From Dehalococcoidia bacterium (GTDB taxonomy: Bacteria > Chloroflexota > Dehalococcoidia > GIF9 > UBA5629), in assembly GCA_011170325.1 (NCBI GenBank), contig DUEX01000002.1, forward strand, positions 1,462-65,461: DNA of 64,000 nucleotides, in the 5' to 3' direction. Positions 45,581 through 57,641 of this stretch are shown here, one piece after another (positions within the stretch are counted from its first letter, which is position 1; the number at the start of each line of letters is the position of its first letter). A program made the translations under genes and the position numbers. The notes under the pieces are model-generated. The model worked only from the letters and a program-made list of their open reading frames with translations. It searched no databases and had not been told where the DNA came from.

Positions 45581-46804
45581 TCAAGCTTCAGCTTGTTCCA
45601 AGTCAAAAGCTTTATATAATGCCCTGACAGCCTCCTTTACTTTGTCCTCAGCGATAATACAAGTTATCCTTATTTCAGAAGTAGTAATCAGCTGGATATT
45701 GATGCCCTGTTCATAAAGAGCGCGGAACATTGTAGACGCATAGCCTGGTGTATTCTGCATCCCGGTGCCGATAATGCTTACCTTTGCCAACGCCAAATCG
45801 CTAACGCACTCCCGAGCCCCAATAGACCCTGCCACCGGTTCTACCAGAGACATCGCCTTATCCAAATCGCTTCGAGCCACAGTAAAGGTCAAGTCAGTAA
45901 TGTTATTGATACTGGCATTTTGAACGATAGTATCTACACTTATATTTGCTTTGGCTAAAGGCTCAAAGATGGCTGAAGCTATGCCTGGACGGTCAGGAAC
46001 GCCAACCACAGTAATCTTAGCCACATTGAGGTCATGGGCAATACCTCGTACTTTATTTCTTACTTCCATCGAAACTCCTCCATGAATAATAGTTCCAGGT
46101 TTGTCGCTGAAACTGGAGGCCACCAGTATAGGCATATTATAAAGCTCGCCTAACTCTACCGCTCGGGGATGCATCACCTTGGCACCATAGGTCGCCAGCT
46201 CCAGCATTTCCTCATAGCCAACTTCCTTCAGCCTACAAGCTTCAGGCACAAAGCGAGGGTCAGCAGTATATACCCCCTCGACATCGGTATAGATTTCACA
46301 TATCTGCGCCTTAAGGACAGCAGCCAAAGCTACGGCAGTAGTATCCGAGCCACCTCGACCTAAAGTAGTGATGTCCATATCTTCGGTTATTCCTTGAAAC
46401 CCAGCTACAATGACAATATTACCCTTCCCCAACTCTCTAACGATACGCTTAGGTTCAACTCGAAGGATCCGAGCTCGACTGTGGCTAGCATCGGTCTCGA
46501 TGCCTGCTTGAGCGCCGCTGAGGCTTACCGCCTTATAGCCCAAGCTGCCCAACGCCATAGCCAGCAGTGTGCTGGAAACTACCTCGCCAGTGGATAGCAA
46601 CAGGTCTAGTTCCCGTTCCTCTGGCTGAGGGTTAATCTGCCTAGCCAGCTGAATCAGCTCATCGGTGGTATCCCCCATAGCTGAGACGACCACAACCACG
46701 TGATTCCCCTTCTCCTTGGTTTCAACTATGCGCCGAGCCACATTGTTAATCTTCTCAGCATCAGCCACCGAGCTGCCACCATATTTCTGTACTATTAAAG
46801 CCAT
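45581..46804 (-). CDS. lysC: Aspartate kinase with two C-terminal ACT domains.
   Basis: 407 aa. N-terminal KYGGSSV. Kinase core. Tandem ACT domains. Confidence 0.95.
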   Translation of the reverse strand: MALIVQKYGGSSVADAEKINNVARRIVETKEKGNHVVVVVSAMGDTTDELIQLARQINPQPEERELDLLLSTGEVVSSTLLAMALGSLGYKAVSLSGAQAGIETDASHSRARILRVEPKRIVRELGKGNIVIVAGFQGITEDMDITTLGRGGSDTTAVALAAVLKAQICEIYTDVEGVYTADPRFVPEACRLKEVGYEEMLELATYGAKVMHPRAVELGELYNMPILVASSFSDKPGTIIHGGVSMEVRNKVRGIAHDLNVAKITVVGVPDRPGIASAIFEPLAKANISVDTIVQNASINNITDLTFTVARSDLDKAMSLVEPVAGSIGARECVSDLALAKVSIIGTGMQNTPGYASTMFRALYEQGINIQLITTSEIRITCIIAEDKVKEAVRALYKAFDLEQAEA

Positions 46805-46855
46805 GTTTCCGCTTTTTGCCTATTTTAAGTGATAAGTAAAGCGTTTTCCACTTGC

Positions 46856-48043
46856 TCAGGCACGCATTAGCCTAGCCATAATTGTATGTCCTTCATCAAT
46901 AAAGATACCCGTATTTTTGGCCTCCGCCTCTGTGAAGCCTCTCGCCCCCGTAGTTTCAAACCCACGACCCCAGAGCACAAATGGAACCGGCTCATCACTA
47001 TGGGTTTGAATCTTTATCGGCGTTGGGTGGTCGGGCATTATCAAGACCCGCAGTGCATTCGGACTATAGGAGCGGATTCGGCTGACAACCTCCGTGTCTA
47101 TTCTCTGGATAGCCTCTATTTTGTGGTCAATAGAGCCAGCATGAGCTGCTTCATCCGGAGCTTCAATATGGATTGCCACCAAATCATGCCTCTCAAGCGC
47201 TTCCAAAGCTCCAGCTGCCTGAGCCGCATAATCATTATCAAGACCATCGGTCACGCCGAGGATATCGAATACTTCCATCCCCATCATCCGAGCTAAGCCT
47301 CGGAGAAGGTCGACCCCAGATGTCATAGCAGCATCGAGACCATAAACCTGTTTGAAGGGCGGCATTTCAAGTATTCTCCCGCTACCCCAAAAGAGCCAAA
47401 TCATCGTCGCCGGTATATCACCACGAGCTTGCCGCTCTATATTCACTGGATGCCCTTTGAGCACAGCTTCCGAACTCGCCATGAGGTCTCGCAACAAGTC
47501 GCTCCCCTGACCATGAGGAAGAAACTCACTAATAAACTTGTCTGGGATATCATGCGGCGGAGTGCAGGTAGCTAGAAGGGTATCCTCTCGCCCTTTAATC
47601 TTGCATATATGCCGATAGCTGACGCCAGGATGGAAATGCACTTTGTCGCTGCCAAGCCTTTCATTTAAAGCAGCAATAAGGACACGAGCTTCGTCAGTGC
47701 TAATGTAACCCGAGCTATAGCTCCACATTTTACCATTACGAACGGCAACCAAATTGCATCGAAAAACGACCTCACCATCGGCAATGGAAATGTCCATACT
47801 CTTGGCTTCAATAGCACTCCTGCCCCGGTAATAGACACTTGGATCGTAGCCAAGCACCGACATACAGGCACAAGCACTGCTAGGCTCCATCCCCGGCGGC
47901 ACGGTGCGAACCAGCCCAACAACGCCTTCCCATGCCATAGCCTCCAAGTTTGGAGTCTGGGCAAGCTCCAGGCAACTCTTGCCACCACGCTCAGGCAGAG
48001 GCCAGCCGGAAGCACCATCAACTATGAGAACGCAATATTTCAC
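46856..48043 (-). CDS. apgM: 2,3-bisphosphoglycerate-independent phosphoglycerate mutase, archaeal type.
   Basis: 395 aa. N-terminal MKYCVLIVDGASGWPL and metal-binding Asp/His motifs (IMPDHPTP) of the ApgM family. Confidence 0.85.
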   Translation of the reverse strand: MKYCVLIVDGASGWPLPERGGKSCLELAQTPNLEAMAWEGVVGLVRTVPPGMEPSSACACMSVLGYDPSVYYRGRSAIEAKSMDISIADGEVVFRCNLVAVRNGKMWSYSSGYISTDEARVLIAALNERLGSDKVHFHPGVSYRHICKIKGREDTLLATCTPPHDIPDKFISEFLPHGQGSDLLRDLMASSEAVLKGHPVNIERQARGDIPATMIWLFWGSGRILEMPPFKQVYGLDAAMTSGVDLLRGLARMMGMEVFDILGVTDGLDNDYAAQAAGALEALERHDLVAIHIEAPDEAAHAGSIDHKIEAIQRIDTEVVSRIRSYSPNALRVLIMPDHPTPIKIQTHSDEPVPFVLWGRGFETTGARGFTEAEAKNTGIFIDEGHTIMARLMRA

Positions 48044-48100
48044 TACGCTCTAGTTTACAATTCTTGCCCTAGAAATTAAAGCCACCTATAATAGAAATAT

Positions 48101-48174
<74 letters not shown>

Positions 48175-48179
48175 TATTT

Positions 48180-48959
48180 CTATTTTACCCTCTGCTTAGC
48201 CTCTTCCCACAAGGCGTTTTGCTCATCCAAAGATAGGCTATCAAAGCTGATACCTCGCTGGCGGCAAGCTTCTTCCATGTAGGAAAAGCGCTGAAAGAAG
48301 CGCTGGTTAGCTGAACGAAGCGCTGCCTCTAAGTCTATATCCAGCCGACGGGCAATGTTAGCTAGGGTGAAAAGTAAATCGCCGAATTCCTTGCCTTTTT
48401 CATCTTGGCTGGGTGCTCGCCTAAGCTCGTCAACTTCCTCAACCAGCTTATCTATAATGTCCTCCGTCTTCTCCCAATCGAAACCAACTGAAGCCACCCG
48501 CCGTTGAATCGACTGACTATAAGCTAAAGCTGGCATCTGTTTAGGTACGCTGGATAAAAGCGATTCACCCTGCCGCCGCTCATCCTGTTTTAAAGCTTCC
48601 CATTTGAGCTCTACCTCTGCGGCATCCTTTACTCTAAGCTCACCAAAGACATGGGGATGGCGATGAATCAGTTTGTTGCTAATACCTCGGGCCACATCCT
48701 CAATGTCGAATTCCCTACCCTCAGCAGCGATCTGAGCATGAAGCATAATTTGGAGCAGCAGGTCGCCTAGCTCCTCACAAAGCTTTTGCGGAGTCCCCTC
48801 CTCCAAGGCTTGCAAAACCTCATAGCACTCCTCAATCAAGTATGGTTTTAATGAGGCATGGGTTTGCTTCCTGTCCCAAGGACATCCATCAGAGCTACGC
48901 AGCCTGGCAATAATCCCCTTCAATGCAGCAAAATTACCTAAATCCGCTTGCTCAGGCAA
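48180..48959 (-). CDS. mazG: MazG-family nucleoside triphosphate pyrophosphohydrolase.
   Basis: 259 aa. Two EExxE-type MazG motifs ([12 protein letters not shown]; EEVDEL). Confidence 0.85.
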   Translation of the reverse strand: MPEQADLGNFAALKGIIARLRSSDGCPWDRKQTHASLKPYLIEECYEVLQALEEGTPQKLCEELGDLLLQIMLHAQIAAEGREFDIEDVARGISNKLIHRHPHVFGELRVKDAAEVELKWEALKQDERRQGESLLSSVPKQMPALAYSQSIQRRVASVGFDWEKTEDIIDKLVEEVDELRRAPSQDEKGKEFGDLLFTLANIARRLDIDLEAALRSANQRFFQRFSYMEEACRQRGISFDSLSLDEQNALWEEAKQRVK

Positions 48960-49045
48960 AATATACGCTCCACAATGAAGTCAACTTATTTAAATGGAAT
49001 TATAACCAGAGCAGTTCTCACTTAGCAAGTTATAGCAAATAACAA

Positions 49046-49076
49046 GCCCCCTAAAAGGCTTTCCTCCCCAGGGGGC
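49046..49076 (-). terminator. Rho-independent terminator candidate downstream of the zinc-metallopeptidase gene.
   Basis: On the minus strand AGCCCCC...GGGGGCT GC-rich stem, followed by UUGUUAUUUGCU. Confidence 0.45.
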
Positions 49077-49105
49077 TCACTTATGAAGATAGACAGAGAC
49101 AATCC

Positions 49106-49816
49106 CTACCTTCGCATACCCATAAACATTAAAACGAAGTAGAAAAGCTGGGCTACTGCCTGGAGCATGGCAGCTACATAGGTTAGGGCAGCAGCTGACA
49201 GAACAGCACTGGCAGCATTGTATTCCTGAGTCGACACCATTCCGGTGCTGCTCAGCATCTGCCGCGCCCGATTGCTGGCATTATACTCTACAGGCAAAGT
49301 AATCAGGCTGAAGAGTACAGCCATGGCGAACAAAATAATGCCTGCTAGGACGACCATAGGTCCAAACTCGCTACCCCTGCTGAATATATAGATAATAAAG
49401 CCTAGAATCACAAAGATAAAGCCGAGATTACTGCCCAAGCTAGCCGCCGGCACTAAAGAAGTGCGAAACCTCAGAAAGGCATAACCAACCTTGTCTTGAA
49501 CGGCATGCCCCACCTCGTGAGCTACAATTCCCAACGCGGCTACAGACGGATTATTAGCCACTGCCGGGGAAAGCCGCAACACTTTTTTGCTAGGGTCATA
49601 ATGGTCACCCAGTCTGCCTTTCACTCCCTCAATCTTGACATTATTCAAGCCGTTAGCCCGAAGCAAAGTTCGGGCTGCCTCAGCCCCGGTGATGCGCTGT
49701 GAATTAGCTACCTTAGAATACTTCTTAAAAGCTGAGTTTACCTTTGTTTGGGCATAAATCATAAAGATAAAGGGGGGTAACATAATAAGAAACCAAAGCG
49801 GGTCAAAGAAAAACAT
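49106..49816 (-). CDS. Membrane-anchored neutral zinc metallopeptidase (YpfJ-like).
   Basis: 236 aa. HExxH read as AHEVGHAVQD. N-terminal and C-terminal TM segments. Confidence 0.7.
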   Translation of the reverse strand: MFFFDPLWFLIMLPPFIFMIYAQTKVNSAFKKYSKVANSQRITGAEAARTLLRANGLNNVKIEGVKGRLGDHYDPSKKVLRLSPAVANNPSVAALGIVAHEVGHAVQDKVGYAFLRFRTSLVPAASLGSNLGFIFVILGFIIYIFSRGSEFGPMVVLAGIILFAMAVLFSLITLPVEYNASNRARQMLSSTGMVSTQEYNAASAVLSAAALTYVAAMLQAVAQLFYFVLMFMGMRR

Positions 49817-49870
49817 CCTCTACATCCCTCCTTATACAAGCTCTAATTTTAATCAAAATATAAAATGAAG

Positions 49871-50815
49871 TCAAAGCAAAAGGCTGTTAATGAAATCACG
49901 CTGCCCCCGAATAAACTCCTCAGCTAACATTTCTCGCCTCCCCTCCAATTGAACCTGAAGTAACCCTAGAACTCCGTCTCCAGTCTCAACTCCGACAGCC
50001 GCTGGGGCTGGCTGGGGCAAGGCTACCACTTTACCCACTTCGCCAGATTTTTCCCTAGCTAAGGGTACGACTTCATTAATCTTCAACCGCTTGCCTCGCC
50101 ACCAAGTGTAGCACCCTGGCCACAGGCCAAAGGCCCGGACTCGTCGCCACAATTCTAAAGCAGAAAGACGCCAGTCTATCTCTCCATCCCCTTTAGCTAC
50201 AACTTTTGTATAAGTAGCTTGACTCTCATCCTGGGGTTGTGGTTCGATTTTTCCCCCCAGCCACAAAGGCAGTGTCTCCGTCAGTAATTGAGCACCGGCT
50301 TGAGCCAGCTTACCGGTAAGTAAACGAGTCGTATCATCAGCAGAAACAGAAACCTTTCTTTGACTCAGAATGGGTCCGCTGTCTAGACCAATGTCCATTA
50401 ACATAATAGTGACCCCAGTGACCTCATCTCCTTGCAAAATAGCCGTGGCTATTGGTGATGAGCCACGATATCGAGGAAGAAGAGATGGATGGACATTAAG
50501 GCAGCCAAATCTGGGTAAATCTAATATTTCCGGTGGTAGAATGTGTCTGAAAGCTGCCACCACAATAAGCTCAGGAGCGAAACTAGCTAATCGGTCAACT
50601 GCACTACTATCCCTTAGTGTCTCTGGCTGAACCACTTGGAGTCCCTGAGACAACGCCAGCCCCTTTATCGGAGACAAAGCTACTCGCTGTCCTCGCCCAG
50701 CCCTCCTATCAGGTTGAGTATACACAGCAACTACTTGATAAGAGCTACGAATCAAAGACTGCAGGCTGGGCACAGCAAACTCCGGAGTGCCCATAAAAAT
50801 GATTCGCGTCCCCAT
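49871..50815 (-). CDS. fmt: Methionyl-tRNA formyltransferase.
   Basis: 314 aa. N-terminal RIIFMGTPEFAVPSL. Formyltransferase core (NVHPSLLPRYRG). Confidence 0.95.
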   Translation of the reverse strand: MGTRIIFMGTPEFAVPSLQSLIRSSYQVVAVYTQPDRRAGRGQRVALSPIKGLALSQGLQVVQPETLRDSSAVDRLASFAPELIVVAAFRHILPPEILDLPRFGCLNVHPSLLPRYRGSSPIATAILQGDEVTGVTIMLMDIGLDSGPILSQRKVSVSADDTTRLLTGKLAQAGAQLLTETLPLWLGGKIEPQPQDESQATYTKVVAKGDGEIDWRLSALELWRRVRAFGLWPGCYTWWRGKRLKINEVVPLAREKSGEVGKVVALPQPAPAAVGVETGDGVLGLLQVQLEGRREMLAEEFIRGQRDFINSLLL

Positions 50816-51037
50816 ACTTAGAATATTTTTAAACGATTCTCCCTATTATGTCAAAAACTCCCTTGACACCACCAAAGACCACTATGCTACGCTATAAGGG
50901 TATTTGAGAAGCTGCCTCAGTTTATTCCTTTCAGTTTATCCTCTTCCCAATTACTTGTAGTTTACTATACATACACTCATTCATGATACCTCCTTGCAAA
51001 GCTTTTAGCTTCTTTATCTAGGCCACAAAGCTAACTT

Positions 51038-52423
51038 TTGAGGGAAAGAGATAAATTGAGGTCAGCACAAGAAATTTGGGAAGCAGCTCTAGGAGAGCTC
51101 CAAATTCAAGTTAGCAAGCCAAACTATGATACTTGGCTGAAGGATACTGCAGGTGTAAGTTATCAAGATGACCTTTTCGTGGTCAGCGTTCCCAACGTCT
51201 TCATTGCTGAGTGGCTAAAAAATCGCCTCCTTTCCTTAGTAAAAAGGACTTTAGCCAGCATTATTGGTAGAAATGTTAATGTCCAATTTCTGATTCAGAC
51301 TCCTAGCCAAACTGACACCCACCTAGCCCACGCTTGGCAAGCTGATGGCGGGATAAGCTCAAAGCTAAAGGAGCCAATTAAACCACCCAGGTTTAATCAA
51401 AAGTATACCTTCGATACCTTCATCACTGGAGAGTCTAACCGTCTAGCTTATGCGGCTGCTTTAGAGGTTGCCGAAAAGCCGGGGCATACCTATAATCCAC
51501 TTTTTATTTACGGTGATACTGGTGTGGGCAAGACACATCTGCTACATGCCATCGGACACGCGGTCAAAGCCAACAGGCTCCAGACACTTTATGTTAGCGC
51601 TGAGCAGTTTACTAACGAGTTTGTAATTGCCATCAAAAATAAGAAAATCGAGGACTTTCACCACAAGTTTACGAGTGCCAGTGTTTTATTAGTTGATGAC
51701 ATCCAATTTCTAATCGGCAAAGCACAAACTCAGGAATGCTTCTTCCACATTTTTAACCACTTATATGACGATAACTGCCAAATTGTGGTCACCAGCGACC
51801 GCTCTCCAAGAGCTATGTCCCCGCTCGGCAGAAAATTGAGGTCACGCCTTGAATGGGGGCTCATCGCCGATATACAGCACCCAGATTCGGAAACATGTCT
51901 AACCATCCTAAGTGTTAAAGCAAAGCAGCTAAAGGTATCTATTTCACCGGAAGTACTACAGTTTCTAGCAACACAATTTCAGCATAATATTCGTGAGTTG
52001 GAAGGCGCCTTAAACCGAATAGTCACCTACGCGAAGCTAAGCGGCACAAATCTAGACCTACACTTAGCTACACAGGCACTGACAGATATAGTGGCAAAAG
52101 ACAATCGGCAAGAAGCCATGTTTACACCAAGGCTGATAATAGAGACTGTAGCTAATTATTATGCCCTCACCCCTGAAGCATTAACAGGTAAAATGAGGGA
52201 TAAGAAAACCGCTTTAGCTCGCCAAGTTGCTATGTACTTGCTACGCGAGCAAAACCACTGCCGCTTGGCTGAAATTGGCAAACTATTAGGAGATAGAGAC
52301 CACACAACTATACTCCACGGTTATGAAAAGATAGCTGCCGAAGTAAAGTCTGCCCCTCAGCTTAGTAAGTCGATTGAAGAAATCCGTCAAGGGCTAAAAA
52401 TCAACAGAAAAACTCCAACTTGA
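51038..52423 (+). CDS. dnaA: Chromosomal replication initiator DnaA.
   Basis: Walker A GDTGVGKTHLLHAIGH. Sensor motifs. C-terminal DNA-binding helix (LREQNHCRLAEIGKLLGDRDHTTILHG). TTG start at 51038 or 51056. Confidence 0.95.
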   Translation: MRERDKLRSAQEIWEAALGELQIQVSKPNYDTWLKDTAGVSYQDDLFVVSVPNVFIAEWLKNRLLSLVKRTLASIIGRNVNVQFLIQTPSQTDTHLAHAWQADGGISSKLKEPIKPPRFNQKYTFDTFITGESNRLAYAAALEVAEKPGHTYNPLFIYGDTGVGKTHLLHAIGHAVKANRLQTLYVSAEQFTNEFVIAIKNKKIEDFHHKFTSASVLLVDDIQFLIGKAQTQECFFHIFNHLYDDNCQIVVTSDRSPRAMSPLGRKLRSRLEWGLIADIQHPDSETCLTILSVKAKQLKVSISPEVLQFLATQFQHNIRELEGALNRIVTYAKLSGTNLDLHLATQALTDIVAKDNRQEAMFTPRLIIETVANYYALTPEALTGKMRDKKTALARQVAMYLLREQNHCRLAEIGKLLGDRDHTTILHGYEKIAAEVKSAPQLSKSIEEIRQGLKINRKTPT

Positions 52424-52604
52424 TTTTGCCCTTGTGGAAGAGTTAGGCAAGATCGTGGATAACTCTGCTAGTTTGTTGATAAGCCCAATAGATTGCAATA
52501 TCGCCTTATTCCTTTCATAATATATAATCCTATCCACATAGAAACTTACCTTAGATGTTATTATTAAAAAATACCTATTCCCTTTAAATATTCAGAAATA
52601 TAAT
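52424..52604. promoter_or_regulatory. Candidate oriC: DnaA-box cluster plus AT-rich unwinding element between dnaA and obg.
   Basis: DnaA-box-like 9-mers TTGTGGAAG (52432-52440), CGTGGATAA (52454-52462), TGTTGATAA (52474-52482) and CTATCCACA (52530-52538, reverse orientation). Followed by an AT-rich 52556-52604 stretch (ttattattaaaaaatacctattccctttaaatattcagaaatataat). Confidence 0.5.
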
Positions 52605-53663
52605 ATGGTGAATAAAGTTGAAATTATAGTTAAGTCTGGGGATGGTGGGGATGGTATAGCTAGCTTTCGTCATGAAAAATTTGTGCCGTTTGGTGGTCCT
52701 GATGGAGGAGATGGAGGAGATGGAGGCAATGTGTATATCAGTGCTGATAGAAGTGTTACTAGCCTAGAATGTTTTAGGCGTAAGCAGCAATTTAAGGCTG
52801 TGTCTGGGAAAAGTGGGGGTAAGCAGGAGAGGCATGGTAGCAAGGGTGATGACCTTATAATCATAGTGCCTTTGGGAACTGTGATATTTCTTAGAGAAGA
52901 TGAGCAGGAAGTTCTGTTGGCTGACTTGAGTCAACAAGGGCAAAAAGTTTTGGTGGCTAAGGGAGGTAAAGGCGGGTTAGGTAATGTTCATTTTGCTACA
53001 GCAACAAATCAAGCTCCTAGAATAGCTACTAAGGGTGAACCTGGAGAGGAGCGCTGTCTTGTTCTCGATCTTAAACTTATTGCCGATGTGGGAATTATTG
53101 GGTATCCTAATGTTGGCAAATCCACTTTTTTGGCAACTATGTCTAGGGCTAAGCCGAAAATAGCTGATTACCCTTTCACCACCCGTGAGCCAGTTCTAGG
53201 TGTGGTTGAGGTCAAAATGAGGACCTTTGTTTTGGCGGAGATCCCTGGCCTTGTACAAGGTGCTCATCTTGGTAAAGGGCTGGGACATGATTTTCTGCGC
53301 CATGTACAAAGAACTAAGATATTGCTTCATTTGTTGGATGGTGGTTCTCTAACCATTATCGATGATATGAACAATTTGAACACAGAGCTGGCTTTATACA
53401 AGCCGTCACTGGCTAGAAAGCCTCAGCTTGTGGCGGTGAACAAGGTAGACTTACCTCAAGTTCAAGCTCGGCTGCCAGAGATAAGGCAGCTTTTTAATTC
53501 TCTGGGAGTGGCGGTTTTTTTCATTTCGGCGATTACTAAACAGGGTGTGCCTGAGCTTGTGTCTGCAGTAGCTGAAATGGTGGTTAGGGTTAGTAAGGAG
53601 GAGGCTGTGTCAGAAATGCCGTCGGTTGTTTTTCGACCTAAACCTAAAGTTAGGCGAGGTTAA
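52605..53663 (+). CDS. obg: GTPase Obg.
   Basis: 352 aa. Obg-fold Gly repeats GDGGDGGDGGNVY. G1 GYPNVGKST. G3/G4 motifs (NKVD). Confidence 0.95.
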   Translation: MVNKVEIIVKSGDGGDGIASFRHEKFVPFGGPDGGDGGDGGNVYISADRSVTSLECFRRKQQFKAVSGKSGGKQERHGSKGDDLIIIVPLGTVIFLREDEQEVLLADLSQQGQKVLVAKGGKGGLGNVHFATATNQAPRIATKGEPGEERCLVLDLKLIADVGIIGYPNVGKSTFLATMSRAKPKIADYPFTTREPVLGVVEVKMRTFVLAEIPGLVQGAHLGKGLGHDFLRHVQRTKILLHLLDGGSLTIIDDMNNLNTELALYKPSLARKPQLVAVNKVDLPQVQARLPEIRQLFNSLGVAVFFISAITKQGVPELVSAVAEMVVRVSKEEAVSEMPSVVFRPKPKVRRG

Positions 53664-53664
53664 A

Positions 53665-54264
53665 ATGGATATAGGTATATTAGGTGGCACTTTTGACCCT
53701 ATTCATTCGGGACACCTCATAATGGCTGAAGAAGCTAGATTAAGGCTTGGGTTTAGCCGGGTTCTCTTTGTCCCTACTGGGCAGCCGTGGCTTAAGGTAG
53801 ATAGAGCTATTACTTTAGCAATCCACCGTGTAACAATGGTAAAGCGGGCTATTGCCACTAACCCTTACTTCGAGCTTTCGACTACTGAGGTAGACCGTCC
53901 TGGGCCTTCTTACACTGTCGATACTATAGCTATTCTGCAACAGCAACTAGGCACTGAAGCCAGATTCTTCTTCCTGTTAGGCTGGGATAGCCTAGCTGAG
54001 CTTCCCCAGTGGAAAGAGCCGAGCAGATTGGTACAAAAGTGTCAATTAGTGGCCATTCCTAGGCTGGGCTTGAATCCACCAGACTTAAAAGCCTTGGAAT
54101 CGCCTATCGCTGGAATAACTCAAAGTGTGATTTGGCTCGATATGCCACCTATTGGCATCAGCTCTTCAGATATTCGAAAACGAGTAGCTCAAGGGCTATC
54201 TATTCACTATCTGGTGCCTGATGAGGTGGAGAGGTATATAGAGGAGCAGGGATTATATCGCTAA
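53665..54264 (+). CDS. nadD: Nicotinate-nucleotide adenylyltransferase.
   Basis: GILGGTFDPIHSGH (H/TxGH) nucleotidyltransferase motif. ATG at 53665, 1 nt after the obg stop. The track ORF extends upstream to 53626. Confidence 0.9.
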   Translation: MDIGILGGTFDPIHSGHLIMAEEARLRLGFSRVLFVPTGQPWLKVDRAITLAIHRVTMVKRAIATNPYFELSTTEVDRPGPSYTVDTIAILQQQLGTEARFFFLLGWDSLAELPQWKEPSRLVQKCQLVAIPRLGLNPPDLKALESPIAGITQSVIWLDMPPIGISSSDIRKRVAQGLSIHYLVPDEVERYIEEQGLYR

Positions 54265-54270
54265 GCATTA

Positions 54271-56199
<1,929 letters not shown>

Positions 56200-56320
56200 T
56201 TAGCTAGAGATATAACGATTCACCAGCAATTCTAGATTAGGAATAATGGGTGCGGAGGACGACTTGCTAATCCCATATTTAGTGCCTGTGAAACCAAATT
56301 GCGCAAGGGATTGCATTGAA

Positions 56321-56352
56321 CTTATTATATCATATTGTGCTACAAATTGAAA
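56321..56352 (-). promoter_or_regulatory. Extended -10 promoter (TGATATAAT) directed toward gyrB, immediately downstream of repeat copy A.
   Basis: Minus-strand sequence: ...motif-TTTCAA-17-TGATATAAT. -10 at 56324-56329. Gives a ~130-nt gyrB leader. Confidence 0.4.
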
Positions 56353-56380
56353 GGCTAAAATATTAGGGATGTGCGAAACT
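56353..56380 (-). repeat. Copy A of a ~27-bp conserved element (AGTTTCGCACATCCCTAATATTTTAGCC on the minus strand).
   Basis: 19/19 identity (AGTTTCGCACATCCCTAAT) plus a similar palindromic tail to copy B at 57611-57637. Inverted orientation relative to copy B. Confidence 0.7.
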
Positions 56381-56589
56381 ACTCTGTCTACAAAAGAAGG
56401 TGCTGAGTCAACAGTCACCCAGTCTTGAACTCTGCAAAGCTGAGTTTCAATCCCGTTGTCCAACTAGCTTCAAGTGGCTTCCCTAGTGAATATTAACCAC
56501 GGGAGTAAGTAGCAGTTCGCTGTGTCTTTCAGGTAATGCGCGAAGGGAATCAGGGCAGTTTACGGCATTCTCTCAACATGTTGCCAGGC

Positions 56590-57477
56590 TCACTTGGGAG
56601 ATTGCAAGGCTTCCAGCAGTAGGTCGGCAAGGAATTTCACCTGTTCCCCCTTAGGTGCCCTGCGTTGCAGCCGGCCGTAACAGGCCATACAGGGAGTGAC
56701 CAAGGTACTCATACCATATTTCTGAGCGTATTGAAAGATTGCATCAGGAGCGATGACACAACAGTACCTGGGAATGTCAAGCACCTCGAGCCCGTCTATC
56801 TGGTCCAACCAAGCTCGATAGTTAGACCAGTTCAACTCCCAGTCACGCTTAGGAACATATACCCAGCTACGGTGTTGTCCGCCCGGGAAGTAGGCGATCC
56901 CCGTGGGCTGGCTCAGGCGCAGGGATGCCTGACGCATTGGCTCGTCCAGCTTGTCCAGATAGTACAGTTGCTCCACATCACAGTCAGGATAAAACTGCCG
57001 GGCTAGATAGATGCACCAAGAACACAAGTATAGGATTCGCTTAGCTCCTAGTTCTCGTGCTTGGTTAATGTTCATCGCTATCAACTCTTTGGCTGCCAAG
57101 TCGGCTTCACGCCTATTTTCGCCTCTCCTCACTTGGTAGGCTATCATCGGTGCGCCGCAGCAGTACTCCTTTTCTAGTAGCGTGTAATCTATACCCAAGT
57201 TGTCCAAGAGGTGGAAAGCAGCCCATACGGCATCTAGGGTGCCGTAACAAGCACAACCTACAACCACGACATTTTCTGACCCTTCCCTCTTTCGCCTGAT
57301 GCCTAGACCTCCTAGTACGGCATCGCGCAAGACGGGGACAGTGTAGACGAGTCCACTCCTTCTAGCATCTTCTATTAATTGCTCCAGGTTCCTGCCTGCC
57401 TCAATAAGTTCATGTGCTCTCCGTGGTATTGAACGAATGCCTCGCACATGGCGTGTCATCTGAAACCTCCTTGCCAT
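56590..57477 (-). CDS. CCG-domain (HdrB/GlcF-like) cysteine-rich Fe-S protein.
   Basis: 295 aa. Two Cys-rich domains with CxnCCGxmCxxC-type spacing (VGCACYG...YCCGAP...CSWC; YCCVIAP...CMACYG). The probable real start is the second Met at 57459, which has a perfect AGGAGG RBS. Confidence 0.55.
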   Translation of the reverse strand: MARRFQMTRHVRGIRSIPRRAHELIEAGRNLEQLIEDARRSGLVYTVPVLRDAVLGGLGIRRKREGSENVVVVGCACYGTLDAVWAAFHLLDNLGIDYTLLEKEYCCGAPMIAYQVRRGENRREADLAAKELIAMNINQARELGAKRILYLCSWCIYLARQFYPDCDVEQLYYLDKLDEPMRQASLRLSQPTGIAYFPGGQHRSWVYVPKRDWELNWSNYRAWLDQIDGLEVLDIPRYCCVIAPDAIFQYAQKYGMSTLVTPCMACYGRLQRRAPKGEQVKFLADLLLEALQSPK

Positions 57478-57610
57478 AAGAACGTTCTTAACATAGCCCA
57501 GTACGCGCCCATAAGGCTAGCTACTATTCTTCATGATTCTACCACCAGAATACCTTGGGGTAAACTATTTTCTTAGCGGCAAATTGTTATGCCGACTCAG
57601 GTTTGATTTG

Positions 57611-57637
57611 AGTTTCGCACATCCCTAAATATTTAGG
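57611..57637 (+). repeat. Copy B of the ~27-bp conserved element (AGTTTCGCACATCCCTAAATATTTAGG), containing the perfect 14-bp palindrome CCTAAATATTTAGG.
   Basis: Direct read. The palindrome is its own reverse complement. Located 4 nt upstream of the cdh -35 box. Confidence 0.7.
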
Positions 57638-57641
57638 ATTG

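Noticed and set aside
56200-56463. 87-aa ORF in the six-frame track between gyrB and the CCG-domain gene.
   Set aside because: It has a TTG start and no RBS, and runs antisense through the conserved repeat element and predicted gyrB promoter. It is more likely the non-coding gyrB leader/promoter region.
56353-57637. Interpretation of the inverted 27-bp repeats as the ends of an IS element.
   Set aside because: There is no transposase or integrase between them. The only gene is a CCG-domain Fe-S protein. Each repeat is fused to an outward promoter. MITE-like origin is kept as a secondary hypothesis only.
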